Source of the DNA: Piromyces finnis finn
Lineage: Eukaryota > Fungi > Neocallimastigomycota
Direction: 5' to 3'
NCBI GenBank assembly: GCA_002104945.1
Contig: MCFH01000002.1
Span: forward strand, 1,798,001 to 1,862,000
DNA length: 64,000 bases
The translations under genes were made by a program, and so were the position numbers. This document shows, in pieces, positions 1 to 13,100 of this stretch. Every line of letters begins with the position of its first letter. Positions within the stretch are counted from its first letter, which is position 1. The notes under the pieces were generated by a model. The model was not told the DNA's origin. It was given only the letters and a program-made list of their open reading frames with translations, and searched no databases.

Positions 1-2410
1 TAGTAATAGTAATTTAAATCATAGCAATAATAATGGTAGTGGATCATTACTATTTGGAGATGCAGAAATTAAGAAAACGTCTAATTTCACTTTAACAGGA
101 CTAAATAACAAAATATCACACAGTCCATCAAACCATCATTCTTATCATCGTAAATACTCTTCTCCAAAGGAAGCATACTCAAAAATAAATACAACACCTC
201 ATATTCCAGAAAAGTCAATTAAGCATTCTCCTTTTGCATCAGCATCCTCTTTAAAACAAGTTCCACTAAGAAAGAATAGTTTAGATGAAAATAAACACAG
301 AGATAGAATTGGTAAATCTTCACAAAGTTCAAATTTTGGAAGAAATGCTCTTACTGATGATAATTTAGATATTAAAACTACTGATTTGATATCAGATTTA
401 CTTAGTGTATTAGATGTTAATAGAGGAAGAACAAAGGAAAGAGATAAACATAATGAAAAAACGCATAATAATGATCATGAAAAGAAACCAAGAAAAGAGC
501 ATATGTCTTCAGCAGATCGTATAGCTCAATTATTTAGCAATGTTCCAGAATCGTATAAACAAGTATCAGCAGATACAGAAAGTAATAATTTGAATGAAAC
601 AGAAGTGGCACTTCCTTCAACTAATCAAATACAGTTTCCAATGCCACCAATTAAAAAATCCAATAAGATTGAATATGAACCAAGAAAATTTCTCTACAAA
701 GGTCGTGTTTGGCAAGTTATTAATAGTTCTCAAGCCAAGGATAGATGTCTTTTCCTTTTCAATGATATTTTAATTATTACAAAACCCATAAAAAATCCTG
801 GAGATAATACATTTAAATATCAAACAAAATCGGTATTAGAATGTAAAAGATTAAAAAGTACACTAAGAGAAGAAAGAATGTCTCTTTATGAATACTCAAG
901 GTACTTTAGCCATCCAGCAATTATCCAAGCTATCCATCGATTTGCCACTAATCATATCAAAGCTTTAAGAGAAATTATTGAACAAAATCTGTTACCATGT
1001 ACACCAGATTCCATTTCCTATTTCTTACATTGTGCACCCAATTTAAGTAAACGTCAAATTGGTTGTTTCTTAGGACTTTTAGAACATACCGATATTTTGG
1101 AATCCTATTTAACAGATTTTCCTTTCCGTCTTTTATCTATTGATGAATCATTCAGACTTTTATTACAATCAATAACCCTTCCACAAGATGCATTAGCTCT
1201 TGATCATTTATTAGAAGTCTTTTCTAAAAAATGGTATGAAGAAAATAGAAAACATATTAACATTAATCTTGCCACAACCCTTAGAATTGTTTATTCCATA
1301 CTAGAGTTAAATGCTAGTATTCATGATCAACCTATTCATTCTGAAAATACCTCACCTGTAAAAGATACCCATATCATCACATTAAATAAATTTATTTCAA
1401 ATTTTACAAATGTTGATGGTACCTGTAGTGCACCACCAGAATTTTTAACTCATATATATAAAAATATAGAAAAAGAGCAGTTAGAAACTTCTACTGATAT
1501 TAGAGAAGAAAGAAAAACATTTACTCTTTCTTATTATAACCATAGAAATCCTTCAGTTAAGCATATGAGTTATGGAAGTAAAAATGCGCAACAACTCACT
1601 ACCCTTTTCCCTTCTAGACTTTCTCAAAGAGAGACATCAGATTATATTACTATTACTATTCCAGAACCTGACCCAAATATTCAAATTCAAATATTTGGTC
1701 AAGATTTGCGTATTGAACCGTCTGTTCTTCATTTCAGAAATAGTAATAAAGCTCAATTTAGAGTAAGAGCTTCAAAATCTCAAGGAAGAAAGCTTGTTAT
1801 GTTTTATAAATTAGGATCTAATGCTACTAAATATTATTCATTAGAACCTAAATGTATAGTTATTGAACCTGCCTTTTTAAGATATTCCTTTGGTATGGAA
1901 TATTTTGAACCATTCCCTGATAACAGTAGTGTATCTTCTCGTTCATCACAAAGACGAAGTCGTAGAAAACGTTATTTATTTGCTGTTAAAGAGAAAAACT
2001 CAAAGGAGGAATGGCTTAAGAATTTAGAGCCAGTTACTATACCGAAGGAAAAATTTAGCATGAGTAATTATCCTAAGAAAAAGCGTAGAAGACGTCGTAG
2101 TAGTGTTTGTTCTTCTATAGTTGAACCATCCATACTAGAAGAAACCAACGAAAGTTTTTCCGATTTAGGAAGTATATCAGGAGAATTATACAATTCGGAT
2201 GATGAATGTGAGCTTGTAGTAGATATGGCAAATGATGCAACATCGTTTATCCTAAAAGAAAAGGTTCTTCCTACGGATGGACCTTTCCTATCCGAAGAGG
2301 AATTAATTAATTTAGTTAAAAATAATGGAAAGTTATCATTAATAGTAGGATGGATAGGTGAATTAATCTCAGGGCATCGAACTTTAAGTATTAAGAAAGA
2401 TGATGAGTAA
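1..2410 (+). CDS. Sec7-domain (Arf-GEF-like) protein with PH-like segments, 5'-partial, intronless in window
   Basis: The frame of ORF 386..2410 is open back to position 2. PH-like start RKFLYKGRV..KDRCLFLFNDILIITK. Sec7 helices ISYFLHCAPNLSKRQIGCFLG..SIDESFRLLL..LPQDALALDHLLEVFS..VYSILELNASIH..LTHIYKNI. PH-like end RYLFAVKEKNSKEEWLKNL. Confidence 0.8.
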   Translation, partial: SNSNLNHSNNNGSGSLLFGDAEIKKTSNFTLTGLNNKISHSPSNHHSYHRKYSSPKEAYSKINTTPHIPEKSIKHSPFASASSLKQVPLRKNSLDENKHRDRIGKSSQSSNFGRNALTDDNLDIKTTDLISDLLSVLDVNRGRTKERDKHNEKTHNNDHEKKPRKEHMSSADRIAQLFSNVPESYKQVSADTESNNLNETEVALPSTNQIQFPMPPIKKSNKIEYEPRKFLYKGRVWQVINSSQAKDRCLFLFNDILIITKPIKNPGDNTFKYQTKSVLECKRLKSTLREERMSLYEYSRYFSHPAIIQAIHRFATNHIKALREIIEQNLLPCTPDSISYFLHCAPNLSKRQIGCFLGLLEHTDILESYLTDFPFRLLSIDESFRLLLQSITLPQDALALDHLLEVFSKKWYEENRKHININLATTLRIVYSILELNASIHDQPIHSENTSPVKDTHIITLNKFISNFTNVDGTCSAPPEFLTHIYKNIEKEQLETSTDIREERKTFTLSYYNHRNPSVKHMSYGSKNAQQLTTLFPSRLSQRETSDYITITIPEPDPNIQIQIFGQDLRIEPSVLHFRNSNKAQFRVRASKSQGRKLVMFYKLGSNATKYYSLEPKCIVIEPAFLRYSFGMEYFEPFPDNSSVSSRSSQRRSRRKRYLFAVKEKNSKEEWLKNLEPVTIPKEKFSMSNYPKKKRRRRRSSVCSSIVEPSILEETNESFSDLGSISGELYNSDDECELVVDMANDATSFILKEKVLPTDGPFLSEEELINLVKNNGKLSLIVGWIGELISGHRTLSIKKDDE

Positions 2411-3192
2411 GAAATAAAGAAATTTAAAAAAAAAAAAAAAAGTATATATAAATGAATATTAATAGAAGAAATAAAGTATAAATAAAAAATTAATACTATT
2501 AAAAATTAAACATAGAAAATAAATTAAAAAAAAAAAAAAAGCAAATAAATAAACAGAACAATAATAATAAATAAATAAATAAAAAAAAAAAAGAATAAAT
2601 TTAAAACAAGGAAAAAGGATAAAAATAAAACAAAAACAAATAATAATTATAATAATAAATATAATTTAAATAAAAGAATAATAATAAAAAGACAATATTT
2701 TTATAATAAATTAATTATAAAAAATAATAATATATACAATAAAAATATAAATATAAAACATCAATAAAAATATAATTAATATAATTATCAAACAAATAAG
2801 TATCAAAATAAAAATTCAAATTATATATAGAGATAAAAAAAAATTGAATAATAAATTATAAAACATATTTTTAAACAAATATGTTATTATAGCATTATCA
2901 ATAATAAATTTTAATAAAATCGAATTATTACTATTTCATATTAACAGTTTCTTTTATGTTCACTTTTTCTTTACTTAATTGTAAGAATTAGGTAAAATAT
3001 TTTATATTAAATATAATTATTTTAATAGCATGACATTAAACAGCTAATGATTAATTTGTTTGCCTTTTGTTTCTTATTAATCAATGAATAATGTTTGAGA
3101 CCAATGAACCAAAATTATGACCATAAAAAAAAAGATTATTACCATAATTTTATGGTTTAGAAATTGCATTATTAAAGTTTGTAAATTTTTGA

Positions 3193-3212
3193 TGATTGGA
3201 ATGAGCCAATCA
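3193..3212. promoter_or_regulatory. Inverted pair of CCAAT boxes (TGATTGG-aatgag-CCAATCA) about 0.9 kb upstream of EDC4
   Basis: Perfect 7-bp inverted repeat made of two CCAATCA motifs in an otherwise very AT-rich intergenic region. Confidence 0.3.
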
Positions 3213-4124
3213 ATTAAATTTTCATAAATAATTTTTTTCAACATTTTTAATTGTTAATGATATATTATTTTCCACTTTTTATTAATAATAATTTTTATTA
3301 ATTTATCTTTTTTAATTTTAATCAATAAATTAAATTTTTGAATATATTGAATTTTATTATAATATATTTAAATATAAATTAATATCATTTTAAATATAAA
3401 GAATAAAAAAATAAAAAAATATTTTTGATTATTATAAAAAATAATAATAATAAAAAGTTTAAGAAACAAAGAAGTGAAAAAGTACTTTAAAATAAAATAT
3501 AAAGTAAAAATTGAAATAATAATAATAATAAATATAATAAATGTAATAATAATAATAGTATTATAAAATAAAATAAAAAAAGAAAACATTTATAAAATAC
3601 AAACCAAAAAAATAACATTATCAAATATACTTTAATTTATATAAAAGAAAATTGAAGTTAAAGTTACAATTAAATAAAAATAAAATTTTTAAATAACATT
3701 TAGAATATATGTAAATTGTAAAAAGCTATAATAACGTTATAGATAAATTATATATCGAGCATAGCCCACAATAAAAAAAAAAAAAATCAAATTACAAATA
3801 AATAAAAAATAAAAATATATAATATATATAAATAAAATAAAAGTAAAATAAAAAAAAAAAAAAAAAAAGTAAGAATTAATTTATAAAATTTGATTAAAAT
3901 TGTATATATTAACAAAAATATTTCCTTTTTTTTATTATTATTTCTTTATTTATTTATTTAAATATATAAACTATTTTGATAAATTATATATGTAATATAT
4001 AAAATCTTTTTATTATTTCAATTTTTAAATATCATTATCATCAAAAAATATTGAAGGTTCTTTGTTACTCAAATTTAAAAAAAAAAAAAAAGAAAGAAAG
4101 AAAGAAAGAAAAAGAACAAATAAA

Positions 4125-7100
4125 ATGGATCCAAGTGCTCAAAATTTCTTAGTAAATTTATTTAATTCAAATAAGGTTGATGATTCATCGGATCAAAATA
4201 AAACCTTTCCAAACTCACAATCAATAATGCCACAAAACCCACCAAATTTCCAAAATCAATTGCCAATTATGTTTAACTTAAATCAAGCATTTGGTGTTCC
4301 ACCACCACAAAATTCAAATATTAACAAAGAAATGTCACAAAGCTTACTATCAATTTTACAAAAGAAAGAACCAGAAAGAACAGAAAATTCAAATTCAAGC
4401 TCCTCCCCAGCTCCAGTTGCTACAAATTTAATTCCACAACCAATGATTAATCAAAATACTTTATCTGATAATACAAATGAATTAAAAAAATTATTACAAA
4501 TAAATACTACTGTTGATAGTAATAATTCTAATAATAGCATTTCAGTAATTTCTGCTCCACCACTTCAAGAGCAAAATAAAATGTTTATGGAACCAATCAA
4601 AAATCCTGAAAAGCCAAAAATTCAATCTAACCCAAATACACCACTATTTTGTTATGTTAGTCCATTTGATGCTTTAAATGATAATAACAAAGAAATGTTT
4701 GCCAATAAAATTGAAAAATCTGATTCAGATTGCGAAACTGTTGAAATTAAGGATCTTAATAATGATGAAGCAATTATAAGTAGTAAACCAAAAGTTGAAA
4801 TAGAACCATCAGAAAAATTAATTGAAAATAATATGGTTAACGAAGTTAACGAAATTAATGAGTAATATAGATTATCTATATTAATTGAATACAATATTTC
4901 TTGAATTGTAATTTTTAACGTATTAATATATTACTATATAATCTTATTACTAGAATTGATGCATTAAAAAACGACATAATTTTCAATCTCGATAATAGTT
5001 TAGAAAAGGTTAAACCACCTAAAGAAATTATCACTGTTGTTAAAGGTACATATTCATCTTTTTTCGTTTTTAAATAACCAACTATTTTGAATTTATTCAT
5101 AAAAACATTACATTACATTTGTAAACTATAAGTTATATTGAAGACATTTATACAAAAATTATTAAATAATGATACAAAATATAATAAAACTAAAGAATAA
5201 TTTTTTATAAATTAATAATTAAAATTAAAAGTTAAGAGAAGCATTGAACGTATTTTAGGAAAAGAAATCGCTGTTAATAATAAATATATTTGTTATAGTT
5301 CTAAGAATAAGAATATTAGAGTTATACATCAAGACTCTGGTGATTTAAGACTTTTCAAAGGACATGAACAAAAAATTATTGACATTGTTGTTTTTACTCC
5401 AAAGTCTCAAAGTAAATCTTCATTAAGAGCTGCTTCAATTGATACTGATAATAACTTAATATTATGGACTGAAGATAACAATAAAGAGTAAATTGACATT
5501 ATTAAATATAAAATATAATTGCTATTTATCATTAATATTAAACTAATGCATTATTCCTCTTTTTATGTTCAGCCTTAAAAAACTTTTAACTGTAAAGGGT
5601 ATAAATAATGGCTCAAGTAGATTCCAAAGAGTATTATTCCATCCATCAAATGAAAATATTGTTGCTGTTTCCACTAACACAAATAATATTTTATTATTTG
5701 ATTTAAGAAAATATAAGGAAAATGTTATTACTGAAATTAATGCTCTTGAAGATGAAGTCGATGTTCAAGACTTTGGATATAATTCTGTAATTATTATAAT
5801 AATAGAAGAAAAATTGAAAATTAGATTATTTGTATTGATTAATTTATTTTCTTTGTTTTTTAAATTTACTTATTTATTTTTCTATCCAATGAATATTTTT
5901 TAAAATAATAGAAAATTAATGATTTTAGATTTTCTAGTGATGGTTCAGTTATCGTTGCAGGTTACCAAGATGGTCAAGTTATATTTTACGATATTAACAG
6001 TGGTTCTACAATTCATGAATTTATTCCACATAATAACGAACCAATTTCATCAGTTATTTTTGTTAATGATAAGAATAGCGTTTTAGATTTATTCTTAATA
6101 ACTGCTTCTAAGCAAAATAATGAGATTAAATTATGGAGTGTTAATGACATGAGTTTAATCCAAAAAATTAAACTTATTCATAGTGATAAAACACCAGAAT
6201 ATGATTTCAATACTCTTGAATATAACAGTCAACATCAACTTTTAGTTATGTCAAATGTTTCACATTTATCTATTTTGTTTTCACATATCAAAGGTTTAGA
6301 GTCTGTTAATTATCCAGAGCCAGATGCTTATGAAAAAGATATAGTTAACAATAATGAAAAAAATGTTGATATATCAAATGTTGAATTTGAAGAAATTAAT
6401 GAATTTAAAATCGATAATCCTGTTCTTAATTTCATTATCGATCCAAATGTCGATCCATTATTCAATAATGAAAATGAAAATGTTTCATTATATTGTATTT
6501 CAACTGAAGAAATTTACCAGTATGTTATTAACATGAAAAGTAATAATGTTGTTCCAAAAGAACAAATTGTAGAAGAAGTTAAAATTGCTGAAATTGAAAG
6601 TAAACAAGAAGCAGAAAAACCTTCTCAAGTTGTAGAACCAAAAGAAAAATCGACTACAGAAAAAAATACTAATGATTTAATTTCTATCTTATCTTCTGCC
6701 CAAAAAGAAGCAAACAAAAACTCTTCTAACGAGTTATTGAAGCTTATTAAAGAAGGCAGCTGTTCAAGTATAAAATCTTCTCCAAAGCCATCTCAAGAAC
6801 AAAGTACTGTTAGTACACCAGCTGCATCTACACCATTATCATCTTCACAATCTTTTTCAAACTCTGAAAGTAAATTTGAAAATTCTGGTGCTAGTGAAAT
6901 TTTCAAGACCATTTCTGATCTTAATAATACTAACAACTTACTCAAAATATTCGAATCAAACGCAGAAACAAACAAGGTTTCTTCTCCAATAAATTCAGAA
7001 CCAAAAAGAAAATCTAGTGAAACTTCAGTTGAAATGAAGGTTAGCAATTCTGATATTTCAAAGAATGTAGATAATAATGAACCATTCAATGTTAGTCAAA

Positions 7101-9082
7101 CACAATTACATAGCGAATTACAAAAATTAGAAACTAGTTTAACCTCAAAAATGAATGAAATGTTTTCTAAACAAAATAAGCGTTATGGTAAATTATTTTA
7201 TAATATTAGAATTTTATATTTATCTAAAATAGTGTTATCATACATGTAGCCATTAAAGGAATATTACTAATTTATCGCTTTTATAATAACATAAAAACAT
7301 CATAATAGAAAAACTTTTATCATATGAAAAGAAAAAGCGTATAGAAGCCGAACAAAAGAACAAAGAGCTCATTACTAAAACTATCAAAGATAATATTAAA
7401 TATCATACTTCAGAAGCTATCGAACAAACAATTTCAAAAGAAATCAAAAATAATGTTATGCCAAATTTAATTAATGTTATAAATCAATCTATAAATCAAC
7501 AATTAAATAAGCAAGTTGAAATTGCTTTAAATAAGGTAAATATATAAATAAGAAAAAAAAATAATAATAAATTATAGTTCATTAATTTAATTAATAAAAT
7601 TGAACCATTAGAATATTAAAAAAGTAAGTGAGAAAGTGGCTCAAAGTATTTCAAAACCTCCACTTGTTGATACTCTTAAAGATACCATTAATGAAACTGT
7701 TAAACCAGTTATTAGTGACACAGTTAAGGATATTATTACTAATTATTTAAATAATGACTTCCAAAAAACAATTAATTATGTCATTTTACAAGCCAATGAA
7801 TCTATCCAAAATGAAGTAAGCAAAAGTAAGTACTTTTGAAAATAGATATATATATAATAAATTTGTTTATAAAAGCAAATAAATGCATATTTATTAATAA
7901 AATCTTCAATATATTTTTATAAAAATGATAATAATAGCTATTAAGAATGAATACATGAGTAGTATAGCTAATCGTAGTAATGAGCTTGACCAAATATACA
8001 AACAAGTTAATTTAATTAATACACAAATCCAAAATATGCAACAACAAAATGTAATTTTCAAAAAGCTATTAAAAAAAAACTATTGTTATAATTTGTTATT
8101 CCATTAAAATATTAAATTATATAAATATACATATATATTATAATTATTAAAAATAGATGAATATGAGTGGAAAAGCTACACCAGAAAGATCAAATTCAGC
8201 ATATAACATAAAAACACCAACTGTTATGCCAGCTCCATATGTTAATACTACAATGGCTAATTCACCAATAAAAATGAACTTTAGAAAAAGTGGTAGTGAC
8301 AAGAATATAACTGGTTTAAGAAGTACTGATAGTATTAATAGTGTTTCTGCATCCTCTAATACCGGAAGAAAGAGTACTGAATTTAATTATTCTGAAATTG
8401 ACAATTTAATAAAGGAAGAAAAATTCGAAGAAATATTTACAAATGTAATGATAATTTTTATTTTTTTTTTTTTTTAATAAATCAACTACATATAATAACC
8501 AATAAATATTTCTTATATATAAATATTTAAATCTAGATATTGAAATCCAATAATGAAGATGAATTAAAGTATGTTTGCTCTAAACTTAATCCAAATAAGC
8601 TCTTAATTGAAAATCGTTACTTTAGTCAAATTGTAATTATTGCTTTAATTAAGCAATTAAGTGATAATCTTAACATAAATGCTACATGGAGAATTGAATG
8701 GCTTCGTTGCTCTTTAATTGTATGTTGCTTTTTTTATATATTTAACTAAAATAAAATTAATAAATTGGAAACTTATTGTTTTTCTAATGAACTTTAAATA
8801 GGTATTGAATGTTAATGATGAATATATTAAAGGAATTTGTCCAAATATTTTAAAAGAAGCCTCTGAAAAGTAATATATCAAAATTTGATAATATATTTAT
8901 AAATATTTATAAATACATATTTTAACTTTTTTTTTATTTTAATATATTTAAATTTATATAGAATGGTAAATTTCACTAATGAAGTTAAAGCAGTTCAACC
9001 ACAAAGTAAAATAATTGATGATATGAATACCCTTATTGGTGCAATTTTATATACACTCAACATTATCAATAAAGCAGTTTAA
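4125..9082 (+). CDS. EDC4: Enhancer of mRNA decapping 4 (EDC4/Ge-1/VARICOSE-like), about 12 exons
   Basis: Low-complexity N-terminus (MDPSAQNF). WD40 region GKEIAVNNKYICYSSKNKNIRVIHQDSGDLRLFKGHEQKIIDI..FQRVLFHP..FSSDGSVIVAG. Ser-rich linker and coiled coil. Ge-1-type C-terminus FSQIVIIALIKQLS..WRIEWLRCSL. GT-AG introns; TAA at 9080-9082. Confidence 0.8.
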
Positions 9083-11230
9083 TATGTCAACATATTAAAA
9101 AAAAAGTTTTAATATAATTATAATTATATTATAAAATTCAATATATTTCACATTAATTGTAATAATGTAATAATTTATTTTTTTTTTTTTTTTTGCTCAC
9201 CTAAAATATCTATTTTTATTTATAATAAATAAGTAAATAAATAAAATAATCAACTTTTACTTTTTTTGATTTATCCTATTTTGTATCTTTTTTGTATTCA
9301 TTTTTTATTATTATTATTATTATTATATATTAAAATATGATTCATATTAACAATAATAAAAACGAAATAATAAATAAAATAAGAATTTTTAAAAATTAAA
9401 ACTTATTAATGAATTTTTTTATAATCCTATAGATATGTAATTATTAGACTAATAATGGAGAACAATTAATTTTAATCCTTTATATTAATCATAGCAACCC
9501 TTTTTTAAATTATGTTTAGATTTATTTATTTGTTTATTTTGTTTTATTTATAAATACATATTCATTAATTCATAATATTCATATTAATACATAACATTGA
9601 GTTAATAATTATGAAAAAAAATAGTTAATATATATATATATATATATTTTTTTAAAAAAAGAAAAAAAAAAGAAAAAAAATAATAGTTAATATATATATA
9701 TATATTTATTTTTTTTCTTTTTTTTTATTATTATATCTATTTAAAAGAAATTTCATATATAGATATAGATATTTTATTTCATTATCATAAAATAAAAAAT
9801 GTGGTATTTCTAAATTTTTATTAAAAAATTATAGAAATGGTAAGATAGAGTTTCAATTTCTTTTTTATTACATTCTATTAAATAAGGTTTATTTCTTCTT
9901 GTTATATTCTGATAAATCAATGTAATTATAATTTGGTAGCATATCTTCCACTGGATTTATCTCTTGGTTGCATAATATGAATATGATTATTTAAACCCTT
10001 CTTGCTAAAGATTCTTAATTCAGCATTTTTTTTCATATTTTTGGAATTTTTGGAAAAATTTTTTTGGATACCTGGCATTTTCTCTATTTTTTTAAAAATT
10101 TAAAATCTTTATAATGTATATTTATTCAAGTATACTTAAATTTTATTTCTTTTTAAATTATATTATTTTCCAAAGCTAAATATTATATTTATTAAAATGA
10201 AAAAAAAAAAAGAGTTTGTCTTTACTTTTATACTTTTTTTTTTTTTATCTATCTATGTATGGAATATACCATACCATATTAAGCAAAGTATTGGTTTTCA
10301 TAAAATAATTATAAATTAATTTTTAATGTATTATAAAGTTAAAATTTAATTTTTTCTATTTTCATATTAAAAAATAAGTCTTTTCATACAATAAGAATTT
10401 CTAAAAGTTAAAAACTATGGCGTATAAATTTAACTTTTCTTAAATAGTATATTATAGTAATTGTGAATAAATTAATACTTGATATAATATGATTATATTA
10501 TGTCATAGTCATACATATATGTAAATATACCAACAATAAATTTAATAGGCATTATTTCAAAGTATTTTTAGTAATTTATATAAACTATTACTCATTCATT
10601 AAATTGAAATAGAAACTTCATAATGGAGGTATTATAAATTATTCATATATTAAGTGTCAAAGTTAATTTTAATTATTATAAATAATGGATAAATAAATAT
10701 AAATAAAAAGACAGTAATATTATTAAAATATGTTATTTGTGATTTTATTTAAATATTCAATTATCTTTGTATTAAATATTTAAGAAAAAAAAAAAGTATT
10801 AGTCATTACATAAATTAGAATCTTAATAATATAAAGCAATGAATATGGATTATTACAATATAATACCAAATTAATGTTGAAATCCTGGAAATAAACTTTT
10901 ATTATAGAGTATTTGGTAATATTTTAATTTAAACATGATAAAGAAAAGTGATTTATATATATTAAAAAAATAATTAATTATATATTAACGCCATAATAAT
11001 TATGGTTGTGTGCACTAGGTTTCATATGCTTTGAAATTATGTTTTTTTTTTTTTATATAAAAAGCAATTATTAAATACTCTAAATATATCACTACAAAGT
11101 TAGGATAATATAATAAAATAGTTTAAAAAATGAAAAAGTATGGTTTTATTTTTTTTTTATTAATATACTAATACATATTATTATTATTTATATATATATA
11201 TTTTCAAAATATTTAAAAATAATGTTCTTA

Positions 11231-11971
11231 TTATATAACAAAATAAAAATATATACTAAATATTAATATAAAAGTATTGATAAATAAATTAGTATTCAAA
11301 TCTCTATAACCCCCATCAATTTCAGCTTCAGTTAATATTTCATTTTTTTTGAAATAATTACAAAAATTACTTGAGCATTTATTATTATCACATTTAAGTT
11401 GATCGATAATAGCACATTTAACAATAGGAGCTTTATTTGTGTCAGGATAATGTAAATAACAATAATAAGTTGGGTTATTAGCGTCGGAAATACAAATTCC
11501 ATTTTGGCATTCATCAGAATAACAATTAATATTACTTTTACAGTCATTATTTTCAATATTAATTTTATATTTATCAATATTGTTGACATCACAAGAAGAC
11601 ACATATAAGTCATTCTCAATCTTACTAAAACCTTCCTTTAAATCATATGTTTGAGTTGATAAATAATTGTGAGTATTATCATTGAATAAAATATCTTCCT
11701 TAAATTCTGCTACACAATTTATATCTTTACGACAAATAAAAGCCAAATTGCAATAACCTGAACCATAGGAATTACTGTGGCTATCTAAGTCCATGATATG
11801 GCAGCCGGCACTGTAATGTGGACAAATTGAGTTTCCTGAACATTTTACTATTTCTAAATTTTTAACAGTTTCTTAAGTATAATTAGTATTTAAAAATTTT
11901 GTCGCATCTCCATATCCCTTGCAAAAAAAATTTACTATACATATATATAAAATAAAAATAATATTATCCAT
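11231..11971 (-). pseudogene. Cys-rich secreted/membrane-anchored protein (Neocallimastigomycota-type family) with an in-frame TAA after the signal peptide
   Basis: ATG 11971 gives MDNIIFILYICIVNFFCKGYGDATKFLNTNYT*ETVKNLEIVKCSGNSICPHYSAGCHI, in frame with ORF 11231..11794 (many Cys, hydrophobic C-terminus). Stop at 11875-11873. Confidence 0.65.
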
Positions 11972-12126
11972 CCTTTATATATAAATTACTAACTGTCTGT
12001 TTATTTATTTAAAATGGAATTAGAAAAATTAATTTTTTCTATAATATACATCAATTAAATAATAATAAATAAACAAAAATAATAATTCTTATTTAAAAAT
12101 TCTATTTTTACATACACAGTAAAAGC

Positions 12127-12290
12127 TTTTTTTTTTTTTTTTTTTTTAACGGCAGTAAATATTTTGAAACTAATATTTATATTAATTAAAATTTGCCACA
12201 CTTATCATAAAAACAATTTTAAAAAATATAAAAAAAGTATAAGTTTTAATTAAATACAAATGAATATTAAAAATGTAGATAGCATAATCC
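12127..12290 (-). repeat. Degenerate copy of the poly(A)-tailed 3' end of retroelement C (see 25681-26038)
   Basis: T21 followed by aacggcagtaaatattttgaaact..attaattaaaatt..acaaatgaata aligns with T33-aacggcatcaaatattttaaact..aattaaaatt..acaaatgaata at 25681-25830. Confidence 0.5.
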
Positions 12291-13100
12291 TTTGATTTAA
12301 AAATTTCTTTAAACTTTTTTTTTTTTTTGATGGCCTGGTAAGAGTACTAAATAACAACAATACTATGATCTTTTCATGTTTTATAAATATTCAATTTTAT
12401 ATGCTTTTATGTTTTTTTTTTTATTATTATTTATTTGTTATTTTTATGTAATATTCTATTCTTAACTATAAAATATAAGTAGAAACTTATATTGAAAAGA
12501 AAATTTTAAAAATATTAAAAAACAAAACACAACTATTTAAAAATAAATAACAAACAACCATTCTTTTAATATATTTTATTTGTTTTTATTTTTATTTTTT
12601 AATTATTTTCTATTCTATAATTTTTTTTATAATTAGTTCTTCTTTTTTCTATGTTTTTATATTTGTTCATTTGTTTTTATTTTATAAGTAGTTATTGATT
12701 TTTTGTTGTTGTTTGGAGAAAAAGTTTTTATTATTAATTATATATATATTTATAATATTTCTTTTATAATAAAATAATTATATCTATTTAGTATACATTT
12801 TTATTATTTATGTGAATGTGGAGCGTTGACATTATGGAATATTTAGTTTTCTTCTATTTTAAAAAAAAATATATTTTCCACTGTTTTTTTTTTTTTTTTA
12901 AGCTAAATAAATTTTTTAAAAAAAAAAACGATGATAAAATATTTATTGATTTAATATCAATTTGATATGTTAAATACTTTATAATATTTTTCTTTTCACC
13001 TTGTTCCATTTTATTGTATTTTATCAATAAAAAAAAAAAAATAGAACATAGAAATAATAATTTCGAGTAAAAAAGAAAAATATTATATTCTTTATCTTTT

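Noticed and set aside
9925-10075. 50-codon minus-strand ORF (MPGIQKNF..) in a slightly GC-richer patch, possible transposon relic
   Set aside because: No recognisable motif, terminal repeat or splice context.
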